Positions 39,588 through 54,177 of a stretch of 64,000 bases of DNA are shown here, one piece after another. Position 1 is the stretch's first letter, and each line of letters starts with the position of its first letter. The notes below the pieces were generated by a model. The model made no database searches, had not been told where the DNA came from, and worked only from the letters and a program-made list of their open reading frames with translations. Position numbers and translations under genes: made by a program. The DNA is from Cenococcum geophilum (taxonomy: Eukaryota). The stretch lies in assembly GCA_050273025.1 (NCBI GenBank), contig CP158635.1:16802001-16866000 (forward strand), given 5' to 3'.

Positions 39588-42500
39588 TATTATAGAGTAA
39601 GTATAAGCGGCAATAATATATAGCAAGGTAGATATTATTAAGCTATATATATAAACTGTATAAGGAGGTTAAGACGTTACGTAAGAAAAGAAGGTAGGAA
39701 AATAGGAAGAAAGGGTATATATTATAGACTTAGTTGCTTAGTTAATACGTATATAAAGTAGAATAGGATTTAGGTAGTAGTCCTAGCAGAACTTAGTAAA
39801 ACTTAATAGAACTTAGTAGAATATAGCAGAATACGGTAGGTTGCCGTTAGATTGCCGTAGATTACTATTAGATTACTATCTTATAGTCGGTCTCTAGTTA
39901 CTAAGTTAGTAAAAATAGATAGATATATATAAGGTATTACAGGGGTGTCCTATAATAGTACCCCTCTTTAAACTTAAGCTTCTGCGAGATAGGGCTATAG
40001 TAGTTTTAGGTAGAGTTTATAAAAGTCTTCTATAGTTTATATAAGTCCTATAGAGTTAACGGGTTCCTATAAAGGCTTAGTAAAGCCTCTCTATTTTATA
40101 AGATATATATACTAGCGTTTCCGTTTATTATACTTAATATTATTAATTCTTTTAATAAAGTACTTATTCTTACTATCTACTTTAATTAGTAGGGGAGGGT
40201 TTTATATCTATTTAGGCAGGGCGTCTAATATAAAAGTAATAGGGTAAAGGACTGACATATAGAATATAGGGTGGATTTTAACCGTATTAGGGAGCTTTAG
40301 TTAATAGGCGTAGGAGGAGACCACTTTCTTAACCTTATAAGGGCCAGCGTTCTTCTAATTAAGCTTCTTAGTAGGTTATTTTATATTTAAATCTCTTATA
40401 TTTAGCTAGACAAAGTTACTAATTTAATAGGCTAGTACTAGGGTTTATTTCTTATTCGCTACGGCTTTATAGATAGATTAAGCCCATATTATTTTATTAG
40501 CAAGAAACTATTATAGTTCCTCTATCTTCTCTATAAATTTATTTACTTTTATAACTTATAAGGCGTAATAAATAGGGCAAGGAATATTACTAAAGGGTTT
40601 AAAACCTATTTATAAATACTAGCCGTAGTTAGCTAGAAATAGGGAGACCTTTATAGTTTTTAAGACGGAATTGTTTATAGTAAACTTAGTAAATTATAAG
40701 CTAGTTAATCTAGTTATCTTATAAGTATAATATATATATCTAAATATATTATTCTATTATGGCCGTCGAAATCGGACTCTGCACCTGTACGTGGTGACGG
40801 CTACGAACCTGGTCTTCGAAGTTCAGATCTAAAGCCAACGCAGAGACGTCGCACAGCGTGCGGATAGGACCTGTGGTGGTTATAGGCGTTAAGGGCGGTG
40901 GTAAAAAAATTTCAGATGGTGAGATCTTGAAAACCACTACTGTTGGCTCTCTATAGTACAACGACTACTATATTCTCCTATCTAGGGCACCTATACAATC
41001 CAACATGGATGCACAGTATTTAATATCACCCCCCGTCCCCTAGTGGAAAGCATTAACGACCTTATATTAATGAATAAGCAAACGCGAATAAACGAACGAA
41101 CGAGCAAATATACGGCCCCTTTTAACCCCTAGGGCGATCGCCCGCGGAGCATGCGGTCACTCGCCGTACTGCTATAATACTACTAAAAGCGGCAGCTGGA
41201 TAACCCTATACGGTTTTCCTTATTTCCTCTTAACGGAGTGGTGCCCTTAGAGAGGGCCTAGTGACTAGGGCCTAGGTATAAAAGATACCCAGATATACAC
41301 ATACATACATATCCCGCTTTTATCTTTTAGTTTTAGGATAGTAGAACGGATGAATCCCCCTTACGCCTTCGATAGGCCTTAGGGGGGGGGAGGCATGGTG
41401 TATATGGCAATAGTTAACAAGAGACAGCATATAGGGGTAGTTAAGATATAGGGCACAACTATAAGCACACAGCAATCGATCGGCAAGGCCTAGCTAGGAC
41501 GTAGTAAACCCTAGCTTTAAATAAGCTAGAGAAGGAAGTAGTAGTTCCTAAGGAGTTCGAAACATCTAAGAAGGAGGACGAGCTATAGGCCCGCAGGGCC
41601 GCTGCTTATGCAGGCATAGCAATTTGGGGTTTTTTATCCTACTGAGGTGGCTTATAGGGGTTTTCCTCCCCCCAATAGCAAGGGGTTTTTCCTGTTAATA
41701 TTACTTTCCCCTTATGTACGGAGTAGTCTGCGTGGGCTTAGATAGGATCCGTATCAGACATTAATTAAAGAATCTACTACTACTATTATTCCATTATAGT
41801 ATTTGACGTTCTATTTAACTATCTATTTCTAGGTAGTATGCTATAAATAACAGTGCTTTAATATAGAGTTAGGTAGTTAGTTCTTTCTAAAATATAGAGA
41901 TAAACTAGTTACCTTTATTAGAGATAATTGTTTTAGGGAGTTTATAGAGTTTCTATATATAATCTAGAAACAGTTAGGCGATAGTAGGTATAAATATATT
42001 AGGGTAGGCGATTAAGTGTCTTATCTTAGATAGTTAGTCTATAACTACTATAATATTTATATAGCCCTTATTTACGGGGAGGTTAATAATAAAGTTAATT
42101 AAAATATCCTTTTATCTTTAGTCTGGAATAGGTAGTAGCTTTAAAAGGCCATTATACGTCTTATATAAGGTTTTAGCTCGTCAGTAGATATAGCAGCTAA
42201 AGACGTATCTTTATATTATATTATATATATTTAGCTAGTAATACTCCCATTAAAGTAGCTTTAGGGTTTTTCCTTAGCCTAGGTAGCTAGCTACTAGTAG
42301 GTTATATATATATTTAAGAAGCTTAAGCTTAAGTTTATTATAATTAGGGATAACTAGACAGTTTTAGTAATATAAGTAGTTTCCGCAAGCTTTATATTTA
42401 CTTAAAGAGATCTTTTTAGAGCGTCTAACGCTATTATAGATTAGCTTAAGCGTCTTTTAGATAAACTTATTATTTGGGTATTTATTAATTATAATCTGTT

Positions 42501-45500
42501 TAATTAATTAATTAGTTATTTTAAGGACGTATACTATAAGGTCTTTAGTAAAAGGGTTAAATAATTTAGGATAAAGTAGGGTCTGGTTTTAGTAAGAGCG
42601 CGCTTTTTTTAATACTAGCGCGTCTTGTAAGCGTTAGGTTAGAGTGTTAGGCTTTTAACCTTAAACGCCTAAATAGTATATAATTAAGAATTAGAAATAG
42701 GATAAATATTCTAGTTAGCGGGCCTAATAATAGCTTAGCTGTTTTATGGTTATAAAGTACTATAGATTTTTATAGTCGCTAAGGACCTTAATTGGAAATC
42801 CGGTGCCTTCTAGTTTAGGTTACTATTATTTAAAATATCTAATAATAGCTAGTAACTCCTTATTGTAGATTTTATAGTTATATTTGGCTAGGCTTAATTA
42901 TTTTAAGTAGTATACTATAGGATATAATACTCTATCTTTATTATATTAAGATAGAATACTTCTAGTAATATAGTTAGATAAGTTAACTTCTATAATACTT
43001 ATTTAGTTTAGGTTAAAGTATTAAAGTATAGACGTAGTAGTAAATATAACCTTTAGATAAGTAAAGGCCTTATTATATTCCTTATTAAAGATAAAGGCTT
43101 TATCTTTTTAGGTTAGAGCTATAAGGGGTAAAACTAGGGCGGAGAAGTTATTAATAAACTGTTAGTAGAAATTAGCAAATCCTATAAAGGCTTTTATATC
43201 CTTAACGCTCTTAGGTTCTTACTAGTTTATAATTAGTTTAACTTTTTTAGGTCTATTTATATGCTATTTATAGAAATAAGAAGCCTAAGGTATAGGATTT
43301 CTATTTTATGGAATTTATATTTATTTATATCTAATTATAGACTAGCTCCTTATAGGGCTTATAAAATAAGATTAACGTATTTCCGGTATTTAGTTAGGTT
43401 ATTACTATATATTAGGATATTATTAATATAAGTAGTATAGAAGATATTCAGGTAAGGATATAGAGGATATTATTAATATAATTAGTATAGAAGATATCTA
43501 GGTAAGGATATAGAGTATTATTTACGTAATGTTAAAACAAGCTCGGAGCGTTTATATAGCTAAAGGGTATTACTAAGTACTTAAATAATCTATATTGGGT
43601 ATAAAATATAGTAAGCTATTTATCTCCTTTTATAATATAAAGGCGGTTAAATACAGAGATAATATTAAGCTTTGTATAGAAGCGAGCCTTATTTAATTAG
43701 TTTAGTGTCTCTTATATTAGCGGGATTGGATATCGGTTTTTAATGGTAATAGTGTTAAGAGCTTAGTAGTCTACGTAGAAGCGTAGTCTGCTACCTAGTT
43801 TCTTGATAAAGATTATTAATATAGCTATAGGTAAAGAGCTTGCTCTAATAAATCCTTTACTTAGGTTTTTATCTAGGTGCTTTTATAGCACTTAGAGTTT
43901 ATTTTAGAATATCCTATATAGGGGTCTAAATCTAGGCTGTTTTCCTTCTTTAAGTATAATCTTATAATTGTATAGTCGGTATTCTAGTAGCTTATTAGCT
44001 TTTTTCTATAAGAATGCCTCTAGGCGGTTATAGTACTCTACTAGTATCTTTATAGTAGGGTTAGTATACTTCTTTAGTACTAAGGCCTTCTTAATATCAG
44101 CTATAGTGACAGTAAAGATTATATATTTAGGTTTCTTAGCAAGTTATACTAACGAAGTAGCTTTAATTATACGGATATTTAGGGCGCTAAGCTTATTTAG
44201 ATCGTCTATAGTTTCTTATTTAGGTTTAGGTTTAGTATTAGGTATAGAGTTAGTATTAAATTTAGGTTTAAGTTCTTTAAGTATTCTTTTTATTATAGAG
44301 CACTAGTTCTTCTAGTAGTTTTATATACTAAGCTTAAGCTTCTGCTTAGTTTAGGGCGGTAGAGTACTTAGTAATAATTTATGGAATTTAGTAAAATTTT
44401 CGGATCTTTAGTGGATATTAGTGGAATTCTCGTGTTAGTAGAATTTAGTAAAATTTCTATGCTAGTAGAATCTAGTGGATTCCTTAGGTGTAGAGTGGAT
44501 ATTAGTGGAAATCTTAGGCTAGTAGATCTTAGTGGATTTCCTAAATTTTAGTTTAGGGTTAGAGTAGTAAGTTATAAGGCACTTCTGCTTATAATATGGG
44601 GTGGTAAATAGAAGCTTAAAATTATTCTAATTAATGGTTACCTTATATAGCTTTATTTAGGGTTATTTAATAATTACTAGGTAACCTAGGGTAGTAACAA
44701 AAAGTTTAATTAGTTCTTTATGGTTTAGGTATTAGAGTCTTAAGTATACTATATAGCTAATTTAGCCTAAAACCGTGCGTTTACTATTAAATCTAAATAC
44801 ATTAATATGCCGGTTAAGGGGGGTTAGGGTAAAACTATTATCTTATATAAAGATTTTATTAATAAATCCTATGCTACTAGCTCCTATATTAATTAGGACT
44901 TAAATATTAGCCTATTAATTATTCTGCTAAAGATAATAGTTAACGGTTATACTATAATCCTAAGAGTTAGAGTTTATAATATTTAAAGCATTTAACGAGA
45001 TCCTAAGGTAGAGCCGTTTTAGAGAGCGACTTAACTCTAAGACGTGCCTTTTAGTAGTAAGCGGGAAGGGGTTCTTATAGGACGTTAGTTATAGCTTCGC
45101 CCTTATAAGTAGCGCTTACTAGATATAGGGCTGGAACTAGGTAAAGATTAGGGACAGTAACTAGAAGATTAATGCGGTAAACGGTTACTAGTATTAGCCG
45201 TTTATAAATTGTATTTAGGTATAAGGATAGAGCAGTAATTAAAGAGGTGGGAGTCACTTTTATATTTAAAGCAGAGGCCTAGCTTAATGCGTTATTCTTA
45301 TTTAAAAGACCCTAGTAGGGCGTATCCTAGGGTCCTAGTGTTAATTTCTATAGCGTTGGGGTACTTAAGCTAAGATAACTTATTAGATATTTATAGGGCT
45401 GTCGTATTATATTAAGGAGCGCGTTTCGGTATTAAGCGTAGTATATTATTTTACCGTTTATTAATAATGTTTATGTAGGCATTAAGGGCTCCTAATAGGT

Positions 45501-46643
45501 CTACGCTTATTAGGGAGGTTTCCAGTTTAGGGCTTAGGGATTTAATAAGGCTGTTAACTAGTGCAGAGTTATTTTAGCTAGTTTCTTTTATATAATAATT
45601 AAATTTAGAGAATTATATTAGGAAACTTTTCGTTCCTTAAGCTATATAGTTTATTTTCCTCTAAGTAGTGGCTTATCGGTTTAGGTTACCGTATATAGCT
45701 TTAAGAAGTATAACTAGGCTTTATACTAAGTTCGGCTAAAGAGGTTTAATAAGGTTAGCTACCTCTTTTTTTTGTTAACTTAGGGCGTAATAAAGTTAGT
45801 TAGCGTTACTAGTTAGCTTATTTTTAAGCTAGCTTAGAAATAATTAGAGCTTTTATTATTTATAAGTAAATACTAAGGGATCTAGTAGTTATTTAGATTG
45901 TTACGGTATAGTAGTTAGCTTAGGGTAAGAGACTGCTATAGGTTTAGGGCTTATATTCTGCGTATTTATTTTTAGAGATAATGTTTAGTTTTAAGGTCCT
46001 AGCGTAGGCATCTTAAGGGTACGGATTTCTTCTTAGAGGTCCTTAATTAATTGCCAGTATTGTACTTCTTATTCGGCTTATTATTAATTTAAAATGGCTT
46101 AGTTTTATATAAGGGCGTTTATAAAAGACTTCTATATCCCTACTAATTATTTTTAAAGTGCGGATATAATGCCGGCGGCCATTATAGGAGTTTTAGGTTC
46201 GTTCTATATATTAATAGTAGTATAAATAGTTAATATAACGTAGTGTTACGGAGTAAGTATAAGCGGCAATAATATATAGCAAGGTAGATATTATTAAGCT
46301 ATATATATAAACTCTGTAAGGAAGTTAAGACGTTATATAAGGAAAGAAGGTAGGAAAACGGAAAGAAAGGGTATATATTGTGGACTTAGTTGCTTAATTA
46401 ATACGTATACGGAGTAGAATAGGATTTAGGTAGTAGTCCTAGTAGAACTTAGCAGGATTTAGTAGAACTTAGTAGAACTTAGTAAAATGTAATAGAACCT
46501 AGTGGAATATAGTAAAATACGGCAGGTTGCCATTAGATTGCTGTAAATCGCTATTAGATTGCCGTCTTGTAGTCGGTCTTTAGTTGCTAAGTTAGTAGAA
46601 ATAGGTAGACGTATATAAGGTGTTACGGGGGTGTCCTATAAAA
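39588..46643 (-). mobile_element. Full-length Ty3/Gypsy chromovirus family C (MAGGY-like), RIP-inactivated; 3' LTR 39588-39957, 5' LTR 46244-46643
   Basis: Paired LTRs with TSD TTAAC (39583-39587, 46644-46648) and PPT aaagagggg next to 39957. gag, PR, RT, RH, IN (GPY ~40340) and chromodomain (~40050-40170) lie on the minus strand. Confidence 0.93.
40762..41783 (+). mobile_element. ~1.02 kb non-coding retroposon with CTA tail, copy 2
   Basis: ~14-bp TSD TATTATTC(T/C)ATTAT (40747-40760, 41784-41797). It has the same 5' start GCCGT as copy 1 and ends ctactactac. Confidence 0.88.
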
Positions 46644-48336
46644 TTAACCTAAGATACTTAGTATATTATATATTAGTATAGATTATATATATAGATTATA
46701 TATATAATATATATAAGAATCTAAAGAAAAAAGAATTAGAAGTACCTTATAAGAATATATTAGGTATTAAATAAGCGGTAATATAGGAATACTAAGTATA
46801 TATATAGATAGCATCTAGTAGAAGTTTAGGAGTTAAAGAACTTAATACTTTAACTAGGAAGATTCCTTAGATAAATAGCAGTAGTGGGAATGCCTAAAAA
46901 ATATATACCTATAATATATTAAGGATAAAAAGCGAACTAGGTATTAGCTAAAAAAAATAAGTTAAGTAAAATAGAATTAAATAGCTAATAGTTAGGAAAA
47001 GGCGAAGCCTATAAAACTAGAGGGAGCTAGTAATAGAGCCTTAGACCCTTAAAGGAATTTATGGATAATGCCTAAATTTATAAGTTAATTAGTAAGATTA
47101 ATAGTTTAAAGCATTAATAGATAGTAGAGTAACCAGAAACTATATCTTACTAATAGTAGCAAAATAAATAGGACTACCTTACAGATAAAAGGAGTACTTT
47201 TATCTATTAGTTATAATTTTAAGAGATCTAATAGCCTATAGAGGAGGCATTATTAATCTTAAAATAGGGCCTATTTAGATAACTATTAAAGGAAAACGAA
47301 TTAAAATATCTTTTAATATCCTACTATCAGAACGAGGTGGGGAAGTATTAGGCATACCTTAGTTACAAGAGTGTGGTCTAAGGATTAATTAGATTATAGG
47401 ATGGGTTAATATTGGAGATACTTAACGATATAAGGCGTAATAATAAGCTAAAATAGTATAGTACTAAGTTGGAGCGATATACGAGGAAACTAAGAAAGGG
47501 TTATCTTATATACTAAAGAGATATTATAAGTACGGAAAAAACTATAGAGTCTAGAAAGTAAAAAGCTGTTAAAGTATATAGCATAGGACTATAAAATAGA
47601 ATTAGAACTAAGAATAAGTCTAAAGTTCTTTCCAATTTATAAACTAACTAAAGAAGAATTAAGAGCACTTAAGGAGTTTATTTAGGAGAACCTATAAAAA
47701 GGGTATATTAGACTATTATAGTTATTAGTAGGTTATCTAGTACTATTTATACTAAAGAAGAATAGAAAACTTAGACTATATATTAACTATAAATAGTTAA
47801 ATAGCATTACTAGGAAGGATAGGTATCCTTTACTCTTAATTAGCGAAATCTAGGATTGGATAGGTAATGCGTAAATCTTTACAAAGATAGATCTAGAATA
47901 GGCGTACTATTAGATTAGGATTAAGGAAGGCGATAAATAAAAAGCAGCCTTTAGGTTAAAGAAAGGACTATATAAGCTATTAGTTATATAATTTAGGCTT
48001 ATAAATATACTAGTAATATTCTAGAAGCAAATTAACAGTATATTAGAAAAATACCTTAATGGGTTTATTATAGCATATCTTAATATTATTATTATGTACT
48101 TAATAAATAAGGAGGAATACGGAGAATACGTTAAATAGGTCTTAAAAAGACTATAAGAAAAATAGATGCTAGTAGTAATTAAAAAATACGAGTTCTTTAT
48201 AAGGAAGACCGATTTTATAAAATTTATTATTAAGCTAGGTTATATTAGTATAAACCTAAAAATATTTAAAGCTATAGTAAGTTGGTAAGAACTAGAGAAT
48301 ATAACGCAGTTAAGGTTATTTTTAGGGGTTTGTAAC

Positions 48337-51300
48337 TGTTGGTATAATATTCTGCAATATTCGGTATATTGCGGCGACATTGCCGCAATATGCCGCATAT
48401 TGCCGTTCTGCCGCCCTACTCTACTGTTGGCTCGACCACTACTAGCGCCTTGGCAATTGGCTCCATATACACTCCCCCTTTTTATAGAATAGAACCTCAA
48501 GAATTCAACTATATACCGCACTGCACGTACACTACGTCTATTGCACTGTGTTAAAGTATCCCGACACTAATCAGTGAGCGCGCACAGATTAGGAGACACG
48601 TAGATAGCTTAGAAGACAGTTATACTGTCCACCTTGTAGCAGATTAGAAGATAGTTATACTTATCCACCTTTTGTATCAGCCTATTTCAGTTAAAGAGAA
48701 GAAGAGAAACCACCTAGAAGTACTTGTCTGGTATCCACGACGACTACTAGACTTTTCGTTCTATCTATTTCAGAAGACTACTGCGCAGAATACCTTATCC
48801 TTAACCGCCTCCTTAACCACCTACTTAAACCACCTCAACCTTTCCCCTACCTTTACCTTACGAATCGAAACATCTCACCCTACTTAAACAACTCGAACTA
48901 TCCCCTTAACCACCTCCTTAACCGTCCCTCTACCTTTACCTTACAAACACCCTTACCTACCTAAATAATAACACAAGATGTCAGGAACAGAGAAAGACTG
49001 GGAGGAAGAAGTAGCTAAATGGGAAGATGGAATTAACCTAACAGAAGTCACCAAGGACGAGCTAACTGACTACGTATAATGCAAAATGTACGTATATATG
49101 GAGATACACGACTAGCTAGACTTAATACTCTAGGAATCGTTTCAGGGAGATTTTAAGGACTTTACGGTTGATATCTTTACAAAAATCCACTTATACTGGC
49201 TTTAGAAACTGCGTAACTATTTAAATATTAGAGGAGTATGGGTTAATACCAACTATAAACGAGGTAAATTACTCCCTTAGTCTTTATACGATATAGTACA
49301 AGAAAAGGACTAAATGGAATAGACTAGAGAAGAAATAAACGCACTTAAGAAAAAGTTTGGTACTAATATTAAGTTAAGAAGTATTGAGTATTATAAGACA
49401 CACGGAACTTTAGAGGAGTACTAAGTAAGACGTTCCTTAGTGCCTATGCTTTCTACTATACCTTAATCTATAATTACTTCTACCTTTACACCATCTATTA
49501 CGCCTTAACCTATAATAATACAACAACCTTACGGACAACCTACGGATAAGGAGAACCGCCCTGTTACTGTGACTGGCTATAGTAAAGAAATTGCGAATGT
49601 AGCCAAGATATACACGGAAGAGTAGAAATATGGTGGCATAAACGAAAGCCTTAACTACAAATTGATAATATTCTACGACATCTGTAACCGAGCGGACGTA
49701 CCCCAAGAAGCTTACCTTAAGGCATTCCCTACTATGCTAAAAGGACTAGCTTTAGACCACTTTTACATAAATTAACTGTCCCACCTATTATTTACTAAAG
49801 CTTGCGAGCACCTTTAGAATTTCTTTAAAGGATTAGGATTTCAACGCAAGAACCTAGATAAGTGGAATACCATTATACTTATAATAGTAATGGCAGGAAA
49901 TACAGATAAGTTTATAAGTGAATGCCTCCAATTATTAATCCATAGACTCCGTTAACTATAGTATGGCCTTAAACCTACCTTACAAACTATAGACTTCCTT
50001 TACAATAAAATCGTTACCTCTTGCTAGGGAATGCCAGTATGTAGATATGTAGTCTCTAACCCACCGGATAACTTTAGAGCCCTTATTAATAAACTCCAAT
50101 TATCTATTATAGTATACGAGAAAGAGCATGCGGAGAAGATATAAGCTTTCTTTACGGACCGATAATTTTATAAAAGAGATAATAACTATGACCGTAATAA
50201 CCGTAGTAACCGTAGTAACCCCCCGTACAACCGCAACTGACAGAAACTACGCTGCTTCGTATGTAATAAGGAAGGATATTACTTATAGAAACATACTAAG
50301 GAGGAGTAAGAAGATTCTAAGACTAAGTTTAAAGATAAGTTTAAGAACTACTTCTAGGAACAAATGAAGCAATATATTATGGACTATGAAGGCAATAATA
50401 ATAAGGACAACGACTTAGATGACGAGATCACCGACGCATTTAACGCCCTAGTAGTTGATATAGACCCTAGCACTCTATTAGACGAGGACAACTAGACTAT
50501 AGTATACTATACTTTATACGGTGAGATCGAACTAGATAATGCAACCGCTATAGCTTTAGAACTGGCTAATAGAGCATATAGCCACGCAGTCATAACCATT
50601 AACACTATAATAGATGCATCCCCTACTAATACAGACCCGTTTGCGTACAATACGACCTTATACTATACCTCTATAAAGTTTATAGGTATAATGATCGACA
50701 CTAGAGCCTCTAAACGTTCTATAGTAGGATATAGCCAATTTCTTGCGCTTTAGAAGATTAATAAAGTATAGTTAAATAAGTCCACGAGAGGTACAGTTAG
50801 TATACAGTTTGGAATAGGCTCTATATCTTCTATTGGTTTTATTAAGGTAGCTACACCAATAGGTATAGTAGAGTTTCACGTTGTTAAAGTTGACACCCCT
50901 TTCCTGCTTTGCCTAGCAGATATGGACAAATTACGAGTGTACTTTAATAACCTAAAGAATGTCCTAATAACCCCTTTAAAGACCGTACCAGTCGTACGCC
51001 GATTTGGACACCTATTTCTACTATAGGACACTTTATTGCACGTGTTTATTACAGAGTCTTTTGACTAAAACCCATGCTATTTAACTGATGTAGAATTGCG
51101 ACGCCTATACTGACGCTTTGGACATCCGTTAGTATAGCGACTTAAGAGAATATTAGATCGCGTAGGCTATGAAAACGATGCTAATCGCAAGACCCTCGAG
51201 CATATCACCCGCTACTGCTCGTACTGTCAAAAGCACGGAAAGTCACTAGGCAGATTTAGATTCACCTTAAAGGATAACGTTAATTTCAACTACTGCATTA

Positions 51301-54177
51301 TTGTTGATATTATGTATATTGACAGTAAGCCCGTACTCTATATCGTTAATAAAGGCACCCGATTTTAAACAGGCAGATAGTTATAGAATATTAGCGCTAA
51401 ATATATATGGGATATGTTACGAGCGTACTAGATTAATATATACCTAGGCCCCCTAGATATAATTGCATATAATGCAGGAAAGAACTTTATTAGTAGAGAG
51501 TTTAAGCAATATACGGTTAACATGGGCACCACTATAAAGAGCGTACCAGTCAAAGCTTACAACTTAATTAGTATGGTAGAGCGTTACCACGGCCCCTTAC
51601 GATGTATATACCACATTATTACTTCCGAGATACTAGAAATTAATAAGGATATGGCACTGTAAATAGCCTTTAAAGCAATTAACGACTCCGTAGGACCAGA
51701 CGGCCTAATACCTATACTACTAGTATTTGGAGCGTACCCCCGAATGACAGAGTCCGATATACCTTTACCTACAGTGATATAGCGTGCGATTGCATTTAAG
51801 AAAGCTATAGAGGAAGTAAAGAAGATATAAGCGGAACGCTAAGTCGTAGACGTACTTAACATGCGTAATGGCCCTAGCATTACCGCAATTCACAACTTAC
51901 CCCTTAACTCTTTAGTACTGGTCTGGAGAGAAGGCAATATAGGACAACCTAAATACTAGATAGGACTATACGAACTACTAAATGTTAAAGGAGAATTGTG
52001 TATTGTTAACCTACCTGGCGGCCCTATAAAGTTCTATAGCACAGTTATTAAACTATACTTAACAGACCCTGAATATACTCAAGTTGAAGACATTTAAGTT
52101 AACGGCACCCAAGTTAACAACATTTAAGCTGACGAAACCGTTTCTATACAGAAACTGTCCCTTACTAGAACTAAAGAAACATAACCACCTCGCCGAGGAA
52201 GAGGAAGACCCCGCAAGTACTCTACTTACGTTAATACCGCCGACATTACTGTATTCTTGCAAGAGGATAGCAACTATAAGCAGTTTAAGACGTCTCGCCA
52301 AAAGGAAATTATAGGACTGATTAAAAAGGGCGTATTTAAGATAATTAACCCTTAGGACGTACCCGCAGGAGCCAGAATCTTTAACTCACGATTTATAGAT
52401 AAGATTAAGAACCCCGGCACTGATAAAGCCTTTAAGAAATTAAGACTCGTCGTCTAAGCATATAATGATCTCAAAAAAGGCACCATACTAACCCAGTCAC
52501 CTACTATTTAATGAGTTAGCCAACGCCTTATCCTATGCATCGCAGCAATATTATGAGGTAACGGCACACAGCTATACCTACGAGATATCTCCTAGGCGTA
52601 TGTTTAGTCTTTTATAAAGCTGAATCAAGACTTCTATATCCAATCACCTTACGAGTTAGGAAACCAACTAGGTATTAAAAAGAACTTAATCCTAAAGGTA
52701 ATTAAGCCTCTATATGGCGTTCCAGAAGCAGGTAATTACTGGTTTATAACCTACCATAATTATTATACTAAGGAGTTGGATATAAACTCATTAACGTATA
52801 ACCCTTGCCTCTTATAGAGCAACACTTCTAACTACTTTAGCATCGTTGGCCTTTAAATTAACGACACCCTTTTCCTGGCTAATACCACCTTTGCGGACAT
52901 GGAGCAACAACATCTAGAAAAGGCTCACTTTCTCGTAAAAGAGCGTGAGCAACTTACGGTTAAGCAGTCACTTAAATTTAACGGATGCATTATTTAACTC
53001 TCTTAGGAAGGCAATATTATAATAACCTAGGAACGCTAGTGTAAGAACCTAAACACAGTCCACTTTAGTAAAATAGCTACAACCACGAGCTTAAGAGGCA
53101 TTGTCCGTAATGCACTGACTATAAAGGAATAATACGTTGCATAACGTGCTAGAGGTGCATATATTGCCTCTATGTGCTAACCTAAAGCCTCTTTCGACCT
53201 CTCCTTTGCTGCCTAGGTAATTAACCCTAAAAAGAATAACATTACAGCACTTAATAAACGACTATTATGGCAAATCGATAACCTAGCGAGAGGCCTTATG
53301 TACGTTAAGCTGGACATTAATATACTACGCCTACTTGTGTTTATGGACGCCTTATTTATAAATAATAAGGACTTCTTATCGCAAATAGGCTATATCCTAG
53401 TATTAGCAGACATAACGAACAAGGCTAATATCGTGCATTAGTCCTTAATTAAGTGTAAGAGAGTCACTAGGAGCGTACTAGCATCTAAACTCTACGTAAT
53501 GGCCCATAGATTTAACATTAGAGCCGCAATTAAGGCAATAGTTGAACAGATCTTACAGATCGAACTTTTACTCGTCCTCTGCACTGACTTAAGATTACTC
53601 TATAACTGCTTTGTTAAATTAGGTACTACGTAAGAGAAATGACTTATAATAGATATTATATATCTTCGCCAGTTATATAAGCGCAGAGAGATTACGGAAG
53701 TTAAGTGGATTAATGGTAATAGCAACCCTGCTAACTTAATGACCAAAAGCAAGGCATCTACGGCTCTTAAGAAGTTAATTAATACTAATTACTTAGAACT
53801 ATAGACTATCGAGTGGGTAGAACAGAAGGATATTTAATAGAGAAGGGAGATTCAACATAAGGAAGTTAAAAGTAATTATGTGTTAAAGCATACTTACTTT
53901 TATAAAAGAGGTTCTATTAGTTTTCTAGCATTTTAGAGAGTTGCCAGTGTTAGTATAATATTCTGCAATATTCGGCATATTGCGGCGATATTGCCGCAAT
54001 ATGCCGCATATTGCTGTTCTGCCGCCCTACTCTACTATTAGCTTGACCACTACTAGCGCCTTAGCAATTGGCTCCATATATACTCCCCCTTTTTGTAGAA
54101 TAGAACCTTAAGAATCTAACTACACACCGCACTGTACGTACACTACGTCTATTGCACTGTATTAAAGTATCCCGACA
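48337..54177 (+). mobile_element. Full-length Ty1/Copia (GalEa-like) element 2, moderately RIPed; LTRs 48337-48566 and 53948-54177
   Basis: 230-bp TG...CA LTRs with TSD GTAAC. The broken polyprotein runs from ATG 48978 to ~53837, with DT.AS, RRFGHP and KCKRVTRSVLAS motifs. Confidence 0.95.

Noticed and set aside
43415..43514. 50-bp tandem duplication over the RT active-site region
   Set aside because: Real, but frame-breaking and absent from the paralogue at ~25220-25270, so it is post-insertion decay.
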